Source of the DNA: Armatimonadota bacterium
GTDB lineage: Bacteria > Armatimonadota > SYMT01
DNA: 64,000 nucleotides
Assembly (NCBI GenBank): GCA_041690135.1
Contig: JAWLHY010000002.1
Coordinates: 784,342 to 848,341, forward strand
Direction of reading: 5' to 3'
Each line of letters opens with the position of its first letter. Position 1 is the first letter of the stretch. The translations under genes and the position numbers were made by a program. Shown here piece after piece: positions 46,405 to 55,631 of the stretch. The notes beneath the pieces were generated by a model. It searched no databases and was not told the DNA's origin. It was given only the letters and a program-made list of their open reading frames with translations.

Positions 46405-48149
46405 CGCCCCATTCCTCCCATGGCTCCCGCCAGGCCACCCAGGATCGCGACGCCCAGAGCCAGGACGATCACGACGAAGATAACGATGGAGGCGACCCCC
46501 GACAGGACCGCGACCCCCGCCGCTTTGCCTGTGCTCAGAGAGTGGATGTTCGACACGCCGATCCCCAGCAGCACGAAGTAGTAGATCAGGCCCACGACCG
46601 AGAGGGCATTGCTGATGGGATGCTGCTGGGCAAAGGGTGAAGCCCCCGGCGTGAGGCCTGGGAATCGCCGGCTTTGCGGAAACTGGCCCGTTCCCGGACT
46701 TCCGGGGAACCCGGGCGCCTGCCCGGGCCGGCCGGGGAAGTTCGGGCTGGGGAAGTTCTGTGCGAGGACGATCTGCCCCGCGGAGCTGCGGATGGCGGGC
46801 CTGCCTCCCGGAAGCCCACCCGGCGTCGGGCGCAGGCTGGGGCCCGCGGTGGCCAGGGTAATTATGGCGCTAAGCGAGCCAATGATAGGGAGGGGCGCCA
46901 GTGCGTAGCTAGCGGCGCGGAAAGTGCCGCTGTAGCCGGCAACACCGCCGAACATTTTGCAGAACAGGTGCACAATGCCCGCCCACACGAACATGCTGGC
47001 GACCAGCAAGAGCCAGTAGAGCACGGACCCGCAACCCAGGCCCACGAACATCCCTATGATCATCCCCACTCCTCTTGCCGCGGAATTTCCGGCCCCGCCC
47101 ATGGCGGAGTTGATCGAGGAGAGGGTGAAGATCGACACCGGGATCATCACCAGCAGGAAGAAAATGAAGACATAGGTGAGCAGGAAGGAGATCGGGGCGG
47201 ACAGCCCCTCGCGTCCCTGCTGCTCCTGGAAAAAGGAGCTCGGTGACGTAAGCGCGTGCCACCAGTCGCGGGCGCCTTGCACGGGGCTGAACCCGTCCTC
47301 AGGTGGCGCGGCATACCCTACTCCGCCGGTGAAGGCCGTGCCCTGACCATAACCCGCGGCGGTTACCGGATCGGCGCTTGCGGAGCGCACCGGCGGCGCC
47401 AGCGGCGCGGAGCACCACTCACAGGTCATTCCCAGCCGCGAAAACTGGCTGCAGCGGGGGCACTGCGTCGTGCCCGGAGGTCCCTGCGGCGCGTTGAGGC
47501 CGCCACCCATCTGGGGCGGTCCTCCGTGCATTCCGGGAGCAGGCCCGCCCATCGGCGGTCCGCCCATCGGCGGCATTCCCGGCGGCGGTCCGCCCATGGG
47601 CCCGGACCCGGGTCCGGGAGGCGCATGCGGGCCGGGCGGCGGGGCGCCGTAACTGGGGGGAGCTCCGTAGCTTGGGGGGGCGGCGGGAGGCGGGGCGCCG
47701 TAACTGGGCGGAGCACCTCCCGGCGGGTTGGAGTAGGAAGGCGGGGCCGCGCCTCCCAGGTTGCTGGGGGGTGCATTGGCCAGCAACTGGTGCGCGTTCG
47801 GAATCGCCTGGAGCTTGGCGCGCGCCTGGGCGTGATCCTTGTTGAGGGTCAGCGTGTCCCGGTAGGCGGCGGCTGCCCCCGCCGTATCGCCGCTACGCTC
47901 CAGTACGACACCAAGGTTGTAACGGTAATTCGGGTTCTGCGGCTGTAGCTCCACGGCGGTCCGCAGGGCGCGGACGGCCTGGGCGTGGATGCCCTTCTGG
48001 CTGTAGACGATGCCCAGCAGGGCCTTCGCCTCCGCGTCACTGTCGTCCGCCATCACGGCGCGCGCGAGAAGATCGATCGCCTTATCCAGGTTGCCTTCCC
48101 GCAGCGCCTGGACTCCCTGCTCGCGAATGGAAGGAGTGGGAGCACTCAT
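46401..48149 (-). CDS. TPR / proline-rich / Zn-ribbon / Yip1 membrane protein
   Basis: GGAGG RBS before ATG 48149; 3 TPRs, PPSYG repeats, CPRC..CEWC, Yip1-like TM region (track ORF over-extended to 50441). Confidence 0.8.
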   Translation of the reverse strand: MSAPTPSIREQGVQALREGNLDKAIDLLARAVMADDSDAEAKALLGIVYSQKGIHAQAVRALRTAVELQPQNPNYRYNLGVVLERSGDTAGAAAAYRDTLTLNKDHAQARAKLQAIPNAHQLLANAPPSNLGGAAPPSYSNPPGGAPPSYGAPPPAAPPSYGAPPSYGAPPPGPHAPPGPGSGPMGGPPPGMPPMGGPPMGGPAPGMHGGPPQMGGGLNAPQGPPGTTQCPRCSQFSRLGMTCEWCSAPLAPPVRSASADPVTAAGYGQGTAFTGGVGYAAPPEDGFSPVQGARDWWHALTSPSSFFQEQQGREGLSAPISFLLTYVFIFFLLVMIPVSIFTLSSINSAMGGAGNSAARGVGMIIGMFVGLGCGSVLYWLLLVASMFVWAGIVHLFCKMFGGVAGYSGTFRAASYALAPLPIIGSLSAIITLATAGPSLRPTPGGLPGGRPAIRSSAGQIVLAQNFPSPNFPGRPGQAPGFPGSPGTGQFPQSRRFPGLTPGASPFAQQHPISNALSVVGLIYYFVLLGIGVSNIHSLSTGKAAGVAVLSGVASIVIFVVIVLALGVAILGGLAGAMGGMGR

Positions 48150-48371
48150 CGAATCGCCTCCAGACCCGCAGTCACTCGGAGCCGGAGTAGAAACGCAAAG
48201 AACCCTCCGAGGATGCTGCCATGTCCAGGTATTAAGCGAATCTAATGGTGATTCCTGCCGGGTGACCGGAACCGGCAGGTGGCTCCTCGGCTTGAGCACG
48301 AACCTATCGAGTGCGTGCGGCACGCGAGCCGTGTCCCGCTCACCCTTCTCCAACCCAAGGACCCGTCCCCG

Positions 48372-50024
48372 ATGCACACCCACTGGAAAACCGCGCTCCT
48401 CACCTTCAGCCTCTGTGCCGCCGCTCTCGGTGCCTCCGCGAACTGGCCGCAGGCCGGCGGACCGGACGGGTCCTGGCGCCTCCGGGAAGGGCGGCCGCCG
48501 GAGCGCTGGAGCGTCGCCCGCCAGGAAGGCCTCGTCTGGCGGACGCCGCTGCCGGGTGCCGGGCAGGGCGGGATCGCCGTCTGGAAGGACCGCCTGTTCC
48601 TCACCACGTTCGAAGAATACCGGGAGGGAGCGCCGAAGTTCAGCGCCGCCATCCTGGGCCACTGCCTGGATGCGAAGAGCGGCCGGGTCCTCTGGTCGGT
48701 GCCGCTCCGGGGGGAGTTCCCCAGTCCCATGCTGTACGCCTACAGCGACTCCACCTCCTGGACGCCGGTCACCGATGGGAAGCACGTGTGGTTCTTCAAT
48801 GCCAGTGGGGAGATGGGTTGCTGGGACTTCCAGGGGCGGGAAGTGTGGCGGCGGAAGTTCCTGGCGCCGGGCGAGCCGTTCAACAAGCAGCACGAGCCGA
48901 TCCTCCACGGGGACATGATCGTGACCCTGGAGCCGCTGGCGCCGCACGAGCCGGGCTACCGCGCGGATCGCGCCGCCTGGCACTACCTGCGGGGGATCGA
49001 TAAGCGCACCGGCCAGACGCGCTGGATCGCGGAAGACGCGACGACCTTCTACTGCACCTCGGTGCTGGGCCGGCTTCCGGACGGCACCCCCGGAATCCTG
49101 CATGGCCGGGGAGGCCCCCACGACGTTCCCGAGCGCCCCATCGGTCTCAGCATGACGAGCCTGGCGCCCGGTCACGAAGGGAAGACTGTGTGGCGCTACA
49201 CGCCCGGGGATCTCCCCGGCGGGCCGGTGGACGGGACCACCTTCATGGCGCTGTACACGATGACCTGGGACCCCCAGCATGCCTACTGGTTCCGGAACGC
49301 GCCCGAGGAATCCCACCTGGTGCTGGACGCGGCAACGGGCCGCCTCCAGAAGACGCAATCCCTGGTCCGGAACGTGGACTACCGGCAGTGGGACCCGGCC
49401 GCCGGCCGTCACGTGCTGCACCGGAACGTCAATATCCGCGAGGTCCGGGATCTCTCGCCGCGCGTCGGCCAGAGGCCGGGGGAGGTGCTCCACGTTTTTC
49501 CCAACTGGCACGCCAACCTGGCGGTGGACGGGCACCACTACTTCTTCACCTCCACCGGCCACCGCCGGAACGCGCACGCCCCCCGCGGACGGAGCGGCCC
49601 TTCCCACTGCATCGGGCGGGTCAACGTGGAGACCGGCAAGGTCGAGTACCTGGAAGTGCCGGTCGGGGTGGTGCGCGAGCCCGGGAAGCCGGACCGCTTC
49701 CTCTACGGGCAAGCTCTCCGCACGAAAACGGAGGATGCAAAGGGCCGGGACGTCGCCGCGGAGGACCGCTCCCGCACCGACGGCTGGCAGATTCCCGCTT
49801 TCTTCGGGAGCCCCATCGCCGTGGGCCACCGCCTCTACCTGGGCACGATGCTCGGGATCACCTACGTCATCGACACCCGCGCAAAGGTTCTCGACGAAAG
49901 GGCGCTGGTGGCGGTGAACGACCTCGGCCCCCTGAGAGAGACCTGGAGCCTCAACTCCCTCAGCTTCAGCCGGGGCCGCCTCTATCACCGCAGCTCGAAA
50001 GAGGTCGTCTGCATCGGCCGCTAA
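48372..50024 (+). CDS. PQQ-binding-like beta-propeller secreted protein
   Basis: Signal peptide, NWPQAGGPDG, WRTPLPG.GQ, TPVTDGKHV, GRLY.RS. Confidence 0.8.
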   Translation: MHTHWKTALLTFSLCAAALGASANWPQAGGPDGSWRLREGRPPERWSVARQEGLVWRTPLPGAGQGGIAVWKDRLFLTTFEEYREGAPKFSAAILGHCLDAKSGRVLWSVPLRGEFPSPMLYAYSDSTSWTPVTDGKHVWFFNASGEMGCWDFQGREVWRRKFLAPGEPFNKQHEPILHGDMIVTLEPLAPHEPGYRADRAAWHYLRGIDKRTGQTRWIAEDATTFYCTSVLGRLPDGTPGILHGRGGPHDVPERPIGLSMTSLAPGHEGKTVWRYTPGDLPGGPVDGTTFMALYTMTWDPQHAYWFRNAPEESHLVLDAATGRLQKTQSLVRNVDYRQWDPAAGRHVLHRNVNIREVRDLSPRVGQRPGEVLHVFPNWHANLAVDGHHYFFTSTGHRRNAHAPRGRSGPSHCIGRVNVETGKVEYLEVPVGVVREPGKPDRFLYGQALRTKTEDAKGRDVAAEDRSRTDGWQIPAFFGSPIAVGHRLYLGTMLGITYVIDTRAKVLDERALVAVNDLGPLRETWSLNSLSFSRGRLYHRSSKEVVCIGR

Positions 50025-50114
50025 GGCAGGCGGCCGTCGAGAATTCGCAAGGGGATTCCCGCCCTTCCGGCTAATGGGAACTGGCTGTATCCGCGTAAGA
50101 AGAGAGGAAAAGCA

Positions 50115-50498
50115 ATGCGCAAATCCGTGGTGACCGACAACGCCCCCCGCCCCTCCGGCCCCTACTCGCAGGCGATCATCGCCGGTGATTTTATCTACGT
50201 GGCCGGTCAGGGCCCGACCGATCCCGCCACCGGCAAGGTCGTGCGGGACAGTATCGGCGCCGAGACACGCCAGGTGTTGAAGAACATCCAGGCGATCCTG
50301 GAGGCCGCCGGCGCCACCATGGCGGATGTGGTGAAGTGCAACGTCTACCTGGCTAACCGCTACGATTTCGCGGCGATGAACGAGGTCTACCGGGAGTTCT
50401 TCCCCACCGAGCCCCCGGCCCGCACCACGGTGGAATCCCATCCGCCGGCCGACATCCGCGTTGAAATCGATTGTGTCGCGTATCTCCCCCGTGGCTGA
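50115..50498 (+). CDS. RidA family deaminase
   Basis: GPYSQA, VAGQ, VVKCNVYL, MNEVY..FF....PARTTV, VEIDC. Confidence 0.92.
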   Translation: MRKSVVTDNAPRPSGPYSQAIIAGDFIYVAGQGPTDPATGKVVRDSIGAETRQVLKNIQAILEAAGATMADVVKCNVYLANRYDFAAMNEVYREFFPTEPPARTTVESHPPADIRVEIDCVAYLPRG

Positions 50499-51510
50499 TC
50501 AGCAGAGACTACCCCCCGATAGCGTGGCGCTGGCGCCCAAGGCCTCGTTCGGCCAGTCACTCAGCAGAGTGCTGGCCCCCCTGGCCGCGCTGTTCGCCAT
50601 CGTGCTCTTCTTCACCTGGACCACGCGCGGCGCGTACCTGCAGACCGGAAGCCTCATCGACATCGGTCGCCAGGCGGCCGTGATCGTCATCGTGGGGATC
50701 GGGCAGACGTTCATCATCATCTCCGGGGGGATCGATCTCTCCGTGGGGGCGGTGGTGGCCTTTGCCGGGACCTCCGCGGCGGTGCTCATGCTCAACGCCG
50801 GGTTCCACCCGTTGGCGGCCGCGCTCATTGGGATCCTGACGGGCGGCCTCATCGGCTGGATCAACGGCCTGCTCACGGTGCGCACGCGGCTGCACCCCTT
50901 CATCATCACCCTCGGCTCGATGATGATCTTCCGCGGACTGGCGCTCTACCTCACCGATGCCCGGAATACCACGCGCCTGCCGGACCTCTTCGCTGGGCTG
51001 GCCAGCGGGGAATTTCCCCTCGGCGGCGGCAAGGTCCTGGTGGTGCCGTTCATCCTGCTCCTGTACATCATCGTGGTCGCGGTGCTGGCCCACATCTTTC
51101 TCACCCGCACCCGCATCGGCCGGTACTGCTTCGCCATCGGAAGCAACGCGGCGAGCTCGCGCCTGTCCGGGATTCCGGTCGACCGCTGCCTGATGCTCTA
51201 CTTCACCCTGGCTGGCCTGCTGTTCGGCATCGCGGGCGTGGTGCAGACCGCGCGCATCCGCATCGGCCAGCCGACCATGGCGGAGGGGATGGAGCTGGAG
51301 GCGATCGCGGCGGCGGTGATCGGGGGGACCAGCCTCCAGGGCGGCCAGGGCTCCATCCTGGGCACGGTCCTCGGAGCCTTCCTGATGGCGGCCCTCCGCC
51401 AGGGGCTGCGCATGAACAACCTGGCCCCCTACTGGCAGACGGTAGCCCTCGGGGCCGCCATCATCATCGCCGTGATCTACGACCGCGCCAGCCGGAGGCG
51501 CATGGCCTGA
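50491..51510 (+). CDS. Sugar ABC transporter permease (RbsC-like)
   Basis: GGIDLSVG, PFIITLG, G.ELEAIAAAVIGGTSL.GG.G. Confidence 0.92.
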   Translation: MADQQRLPPDSVALAPKASFGQSLSRVLAPLAALFAIVLFFTWTTRGAYLQTGSLIDIGRQAAVIVIVGIGQTFIIISGGIDLSVGAVVAFAGTSAAVLMLNAGFHPLAAALIGILTGGLIGWINGLLTVRTRLHPFIITLGSMMIFRGLALYLTDARNTTRLPDLFAGLASGEFPLGGGKVLVVPFILLLYIIVVAVLAHIFLTRTRIGRYCFAIGSNAASSRLSGIPVDRCLMLYFTLAGLLFGIAGVVQTARIRIGQPTMAEGMELEAIAAAVIGGTSLQGGQGSILGTVLGAFLMAALRQGLRMNNLAPYWQTVALGAAIIIAVIYDRASRRRMA

Positions 51511-51661
51511 AACCACAGACCCGACATCCGAATGGGTTGGTGCTGGAAGCGGCCGAGGATAAGCCCAGGCGCATGCGTCGGGTGCCTTCGTAGTGGCTGA
51601 TAGAAGGGGCGTGAGAGGTTAGCACCCCGGGTGGTTCAGTTTTCGGCGTGTTCGGGATCGG

Positions 51662-51782
51662 CAGCCCCGGAGGGGCGATAGAAATTAGCCGGGGGTGCAA
51701 GCCCCCGGAATGTGAAACGAGTACTTTTCCAGCCCTGGAAGGGCAGCAGAGGACAGCCTCTGTGACGATCGCGCTGCCCTGG
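51662..51782. repeat. REP-like palindrome cluster
   Basis: GCCCC-GGA-GGGGC, CCGGGGG-TGCAAG-CCCCCGG and GCCCT-GGA-AGGGC hairpins in the intergenic gap. Confidence 0.55.
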
Positions 51783-51890
51783 TTCGGCCCGCAGTATGCC
51801 GTGGGTGGCAGATCGAGCATCGTTCGGCAGTGCTTCCGGTAACGGTCCCAAAGCGGGGCTGCCGCCGGGTTTAACAAGCGGAAAGAGACC

Positions 51891-52934
51891 ATGAAACGCA
51901 GACAGTTCTGTTCACTGGCGCTGGTGCTGGGGACGACCGCGTTGACCGGGTGCGTCCAGGACGCGGAGCAGCCTTCCACGGGCGGCGGCTCGTCGGCCTC
52001 CAACTCCCCCTCGGCCAGCCCGGCGGCCATCAAGACCAAAGGCGCGGACGAGCGCCTCAAGATCGCCGTGGTGCCGAAAGGGACCACCCACGAGTTCTGG
52101 CAGACCATCAAGGCGGGCGCCGACGCGGCCGGCCAGGAGTTCAACTGCGAGATCCTGTGGAACGGCCCCAAGCGCGAGACGGACATTCAGGACCAGATCG
52201 ACATCATCCGCGGCTACGCCAGCCAGGGGGTGGATGGCGTGGCCCTGGCCGCCACCGATAAAACGGCGCTGGTCGATACCGTCAAGGAGCTCCAGTCCAA
52301 GGGCATCGCGGTGGTGACCATCGACTCGGGGATCGATCAGGAGATCTCCAGCTCGTTCATCGCCACCGACAACGTCGCGGCGGCGCGGCAGGCCGCGGAC
52401 GAACTCGCGCGCATCATTGGCAAGAAGGGCAAAGTCGCCGTCCTATCGTTCCTCAAGGGTGCGGCCACGTCCGACGAGCGCGAGCAGGGCTTCAAGGAAG
52501 GGATCGCGGCCTTCTCGGATATTGAAGTGGTGACGGTAGAGTACACCGACAGCGACTCCGCCAAGGCCCAGGACAAGATGGAGACCATCCTGACCCAGCA
52601 CCCGGACCTGGCGGGCGTATTCGCCTCCAATGAACCGAACGTGGTCGGTGCCGCCAGCGCCCTGCAGTCCCGCAAGCTCGCCGGGAAGGTCAAGCTCATC
52701 GGCTTCGACGCCAGCCAAGCCGAGATCAAGGCCATGGAGCAGGGCGAGTGCCAGGGCGTCGTGGTTCAGGACCCGTTCAAGATGGGCTACGAAGGCGTGA
52801 AAGCTCTCGCCCAGCTTCTGCGCGGCCAGGGCACCCCCGAGCGCCGCATCGACACCGGCGCGAAGGTCGTCACCCCGGAAAACATGAAGAGCGCCGAAAT
52901 GGAAAAGCTTCTCTACCCCCTGGGCAAGAAGTAG
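51891..52934 (+). CDS. Sugar ABC transporter substrate-binding lipoprotein
   Basis: LTGC lipobox, IAVVPKGTTHEFW, IATDN..AA, GFD, VVQDPFKMGY. Confidence 0.92.
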   Translation: MKRRQFCSLALVLGTTALTGCVQDAEQPSTGGGSSASNSPSASPAAIKTKGADERLKIAVVPKGTTHEFWQTIKAGADAAGQEFNCEILWNGPKRETDIQDQIDIIRGYASQGVDGVALAATDKTALVDTVKELQSKGIAVVTIDSGIDQEISSSFIATDNVAAARQAADELARIIGKKGKVAVLSFLKGAATSDEREQGFKEGIAAFSDIEVVTVEYTDSDSAKAQDKMETILTQHPDLAGVFASNEPNVVGAASALQSRKLAGKVKLIGFDASQAEIKAMEQGECQGVVVQDPFKMGYEGVKALAQLLRGQGTPERRIDTGAKVVTPENMKSAEMEKLLYPLGKK

Positions 52935-52985
52935 GCGGCTTCACCTTCTAGTTGACCCACCGCTGCATTGTTCTCCAACCGATAG

Positions 52986-53045
52986 CCCCCTTCTCTGCGT
53001 CGGAGAAGGGGGTTGGGGGATGAGGTTACCCTGGTCAACGCACCC
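52986..53045. repeat. Palindromic intergenic repeat, copy 2
   Basis: Matches 5855-5914. Confidence 0.8.
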
Positions 53046-53128
53046 ATCGTGTCCCAAACTGATCCCGCCCCGCCAACCCGTACCGCCACTGGAATCCGGG
53101 GTCCCAACCCTTAGTCCCCGAGGGGGAC

Positions 53129-53240
53129 TTCCACCTTCAACTTTCCACCTTCAACCCAGACCCACGATCCCGCCAAACCGTACTCTCTCGAGGAACCTGG
53201 GGTTCCAACCTTCAACCTTCAACTTTCAACTTTCAACCCT
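53129..53240. repeat. Degenerate heptamer repeats (TTCAACY / TTCCACC)
   Basis: Two short runs, e.g. TTCAACC TTCAACT TTCAACT TTCAACC at about 53211-53238. Confidence 0.7.
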
Positions 53241-53341
53241 CAGCCTGCAGAGTCCGGAGCCTCCCTCCATAATCTCCATGATCCGTCGATAGGTTACAGG
53301 TAGCACGCTCATGGCCGAGCGTGGTTTGTCTGGAGTGTGTC

Positions 53342-54496
53342 GTGTCTACGCTGCCCCTCGCCCAGGTCGTACCCAACCCGAACCAGCCCCGCAAGTACTT
53401 TGACGAAGACGCCCTTCAGGAGCTCGCTGCCTCGATCCGGGAGCGCGGCGTCCTGGAGCCGATCATCGTGCGCCCCAAGGAGGGGCAGTACGAGATTGTG
53501 GCCGGGGAGCGGCGCTACCGGGCAAGCCTGATCGCCGGCATGGACACCATTCCCGTCGTGGTGCGGGAGATGTCCGATGAAGAAGCGATGGCCGATTCCC
53601 TGCTGGAGAACTTCCAGCGGGAAGACCTCACGGTCATGGAGCGAGCGGAGGCGATCAAGAACCTCCTCACCTACATGACGCAGGAAGATGCGGCCCGGCG
53701 CCTGGGCTGCAGCACCAGCACCCTGCGTCGCTACCTCGACCTCCTCGACCTCCCTCCCATCGTCCAGGCGGAGCTTTCGCTGCCGCCGGCCAAGCAGATG
53801 CAGAACGTGGTGACGGAAGGCCACGCCCGCACGCTCCGCTCGCTGAACCACGACTACGGCACGCAGGTCCGCGTCCTCGAGAAGATCAAGAAAGACAACC
53901 TCTCCGTCGACGAAACGGAGCGTCTGCTCGAAGCAATCCAGAAGGCGCCCGAACGCAAGGAAGCCTTCTTGAGGATCTCGCTCGAAGCCACGGAGGAGAT
54001 CCTCAAGCGGACCGGGGTCAAGCTCGAGCGCCGCAAGAACTTCAAGCGCAAGACCGCCGCCGAGTTCCTGACCGCCTACCAGAAGCAGGTGACTGCGCTC
54101 ACGCATCTCCTCGACGACGAGGTGACGAAGTACCTCGACTTTGAGCAGATGAACCAGCTCCTCTCCGCCAGCGTGCAACTCTGGGAAGACCTCGACAGCT
54201 TCATCCGCGTCGTGCGGCAGGACCTGATCTCCCAGGACTACGGGTTTGCGGAAACCTACGTGCTGTGCGGCCTCTGCGGGCGCCGCGAGCTGGTCGGCAG
54301 CGGGGTCTGCAGCGTCTGCGGCAGTGTCCTGAAGCGGTGCATCGACTGCGGGCACTACGACACCAATTACCAGCAGTGCAGCTTCCACGGGTACTACGTC
54401 TACGGAAGCGAAGCCGAGATGCCCACGGAAGATAGCCACAGCTTCAACTGCGAGCAGTTCAAACCGCGTGTCGATATCCGGCCCCGCCTCATGTGA
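53342..54496 (+). CDS. ParB/Spo0J-like protein with C-terminal Cys-rich domain
   Basis: PNPNQPRKYF, LAASIRERGVLEPI, IVAGERRYRA, ENFQREDL, HTH; C-term CGLC, CSVC, CIDC and further Cys. Confidence 0.85.
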   Translation: MSTLPLAQVVPNPNQPRKYFDEDALQELAASIRERGVLEPIIVRPKEGQYEIVAGERRYRASLIAGMDTIPVVVREMSDEEAMADSLLENFQREDLTVMERAEAIKNLLTYMTQEDAARRLGCSTSTLRRYLDLLDLPPIVQAELSLPPAKQMQNVVTEGHARTLRSLNHDYGTQVRVLEKIKKDNLSVDETERLLEAIQKAPERKEAFLRISLEATEEILKRTGVKLERRKNFKRKTAAEFLTAYQKQVTALTHLLDDEVTKYLDFEQMNQLLSASVQLWEDLDSFIRVVRQDLISQDYGFAETYVLCGLCGRRELVGSGVCSVCGSVLKRCIDCGHYDTNYQQCSFHGYYVYGSEAEMPTEDSHSFNCEQFKPRVDIRPRLM

Positions 54497-55467
54497 GACA
54501 CTCGCGCCTCTGCACGCTGGCTCCGCCGATCGATCCGGACGCACCCCTGCGCCCGGACGTCGCTTTGCTGCTGCCTCTCCCCCCTTCCGAACCACTCGAC
54601 CTGGAAGCCACGTTCCGGTGCGGGCAGGTCTTCCGCTGGCGCCAGGAAGGGGACACCTGGTACGGTCCCTACGGCGCCGGTTCGCTGGCCGTGCGCCGCA
54701 CGCCGGAGGGAGTGGCCGTCCGCGCTCTCGGCCCTCCGGTGACGGCCGGAGAAGCCTGGCGGTTCCTGGGCCTCCACCGTTCACTGGTCGAAATCTACGA
54801 CCGCCTCGCCGCCGACCGCTGGGTCACCGCTGCGATCCAGGCCTACCCGGGCCTCCGGATCCTGCGTCAGGACCCCTGGGAGTGCCTGCTCTGCTACCTC
54901 TGCTCCCAGAACAGCAACATCCCCAAGATCGAGTACTCCACGGAACGCCTCGCGCGAGGTTGGGGGACGGTCCACCGCTGGCCCGAGGGAGTGGAAGTCG
55001 CCGCGCTTCCGGGGCCGCTCCCGCTGGCGGAGATACCCCTGGATGAACTCCGGACCACCGGCCTGGGCTACCGCTGCCGCTACCTCCTGGCCACGGCGCG
55101 GCGCGTAGAGGAAGAGGGGTTCGATGTCGCCGCCCTGCGCGGTTGCGACTACCCCGGGGCGCTGGAAGCACTGCTCACCCTGCCGGGAGTGGGGCGCAAA
55201 GTGGCGGACTGTATCCTCCTCTTCTCCCTCGACCAGGAGCAGGCCATCCCCGTGGACGTGTGGGTCCGCCGCGTCATCCACGAGCTCTACCCGCGCCGGC
55301 TTTCCGAATATCTCCCGGATGCCCGTGAGCGGATCGAGAAAGCCCTCACGCCCCGCGAATACGACAGCATCGTCCGGTTCGCCCACCACCGCTGGGGCCG
55401 CCTCTCCGGCTACGCCCAGCAGTACCTCTTCCACGCCCGCCGCACCCACCGTCTCCTGCCGCCGTAG
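54493..55467 (+). CDS. ogg: 8-oxoguanine DNA glycosylase (OGG1-like)
   Basis: TFRCGQVFRW, GLRILRQDPWE, SQNSNIPKI, GLGYR, HhH LPGVGRKVADC, PVDVW, GYAQQYLF. Confidence 0.9.
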   Translation: MRHSRLCTLAPPIDPDAPLRPDVALLLPLPPSEPLDLEATFRCGQVFRWRQEGDTWYGPYGAGSLAVRRTPEGVAVRALGPPVTAGEAWRFLGLHRSLVEIYDRLAADRWVTAAIQAYPGLRILRQDPWECLLCYLCSQNSNIPKIEYSTERLARGWGTVHRWPEGVEVAALPGPLPLAEIPLDELRTTGLGYRCRYLLATARRVEEEGFDVAALRGCDYPGALEALLTLPGVGRKVADCILLFSLDQEQAIPVDVWVRRVIHELYPRRLSEYLPDARERIEKALTPREYDSIVRFAHHRWGRLSGYAQQYLFHARRTHRLLPP

Positions 55468-55631
55468 CCTCCTGCCGCCGCGGCCGCCCTCCGCCCTCCG
55501 CCTCGCCCTCCTCGTGATCGTAACCGTGCTGCGGAATGTGAGGGAGGAGGTTCCACCGGTGATAGGCCGAATATGGGTTTGATCTATAGGTAGGGTTGAT
55601 CGCCGCGTGTGGTGGATGGAGAGCACTCGTG

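Noticed and set aside
48150-50441. N-terminal 764 aa of the 1346-aa track ORF
   Set aside because: Antisense to the beta-propeller and ridA genes; the real start is ATG 48149 with a GGAGG RBS
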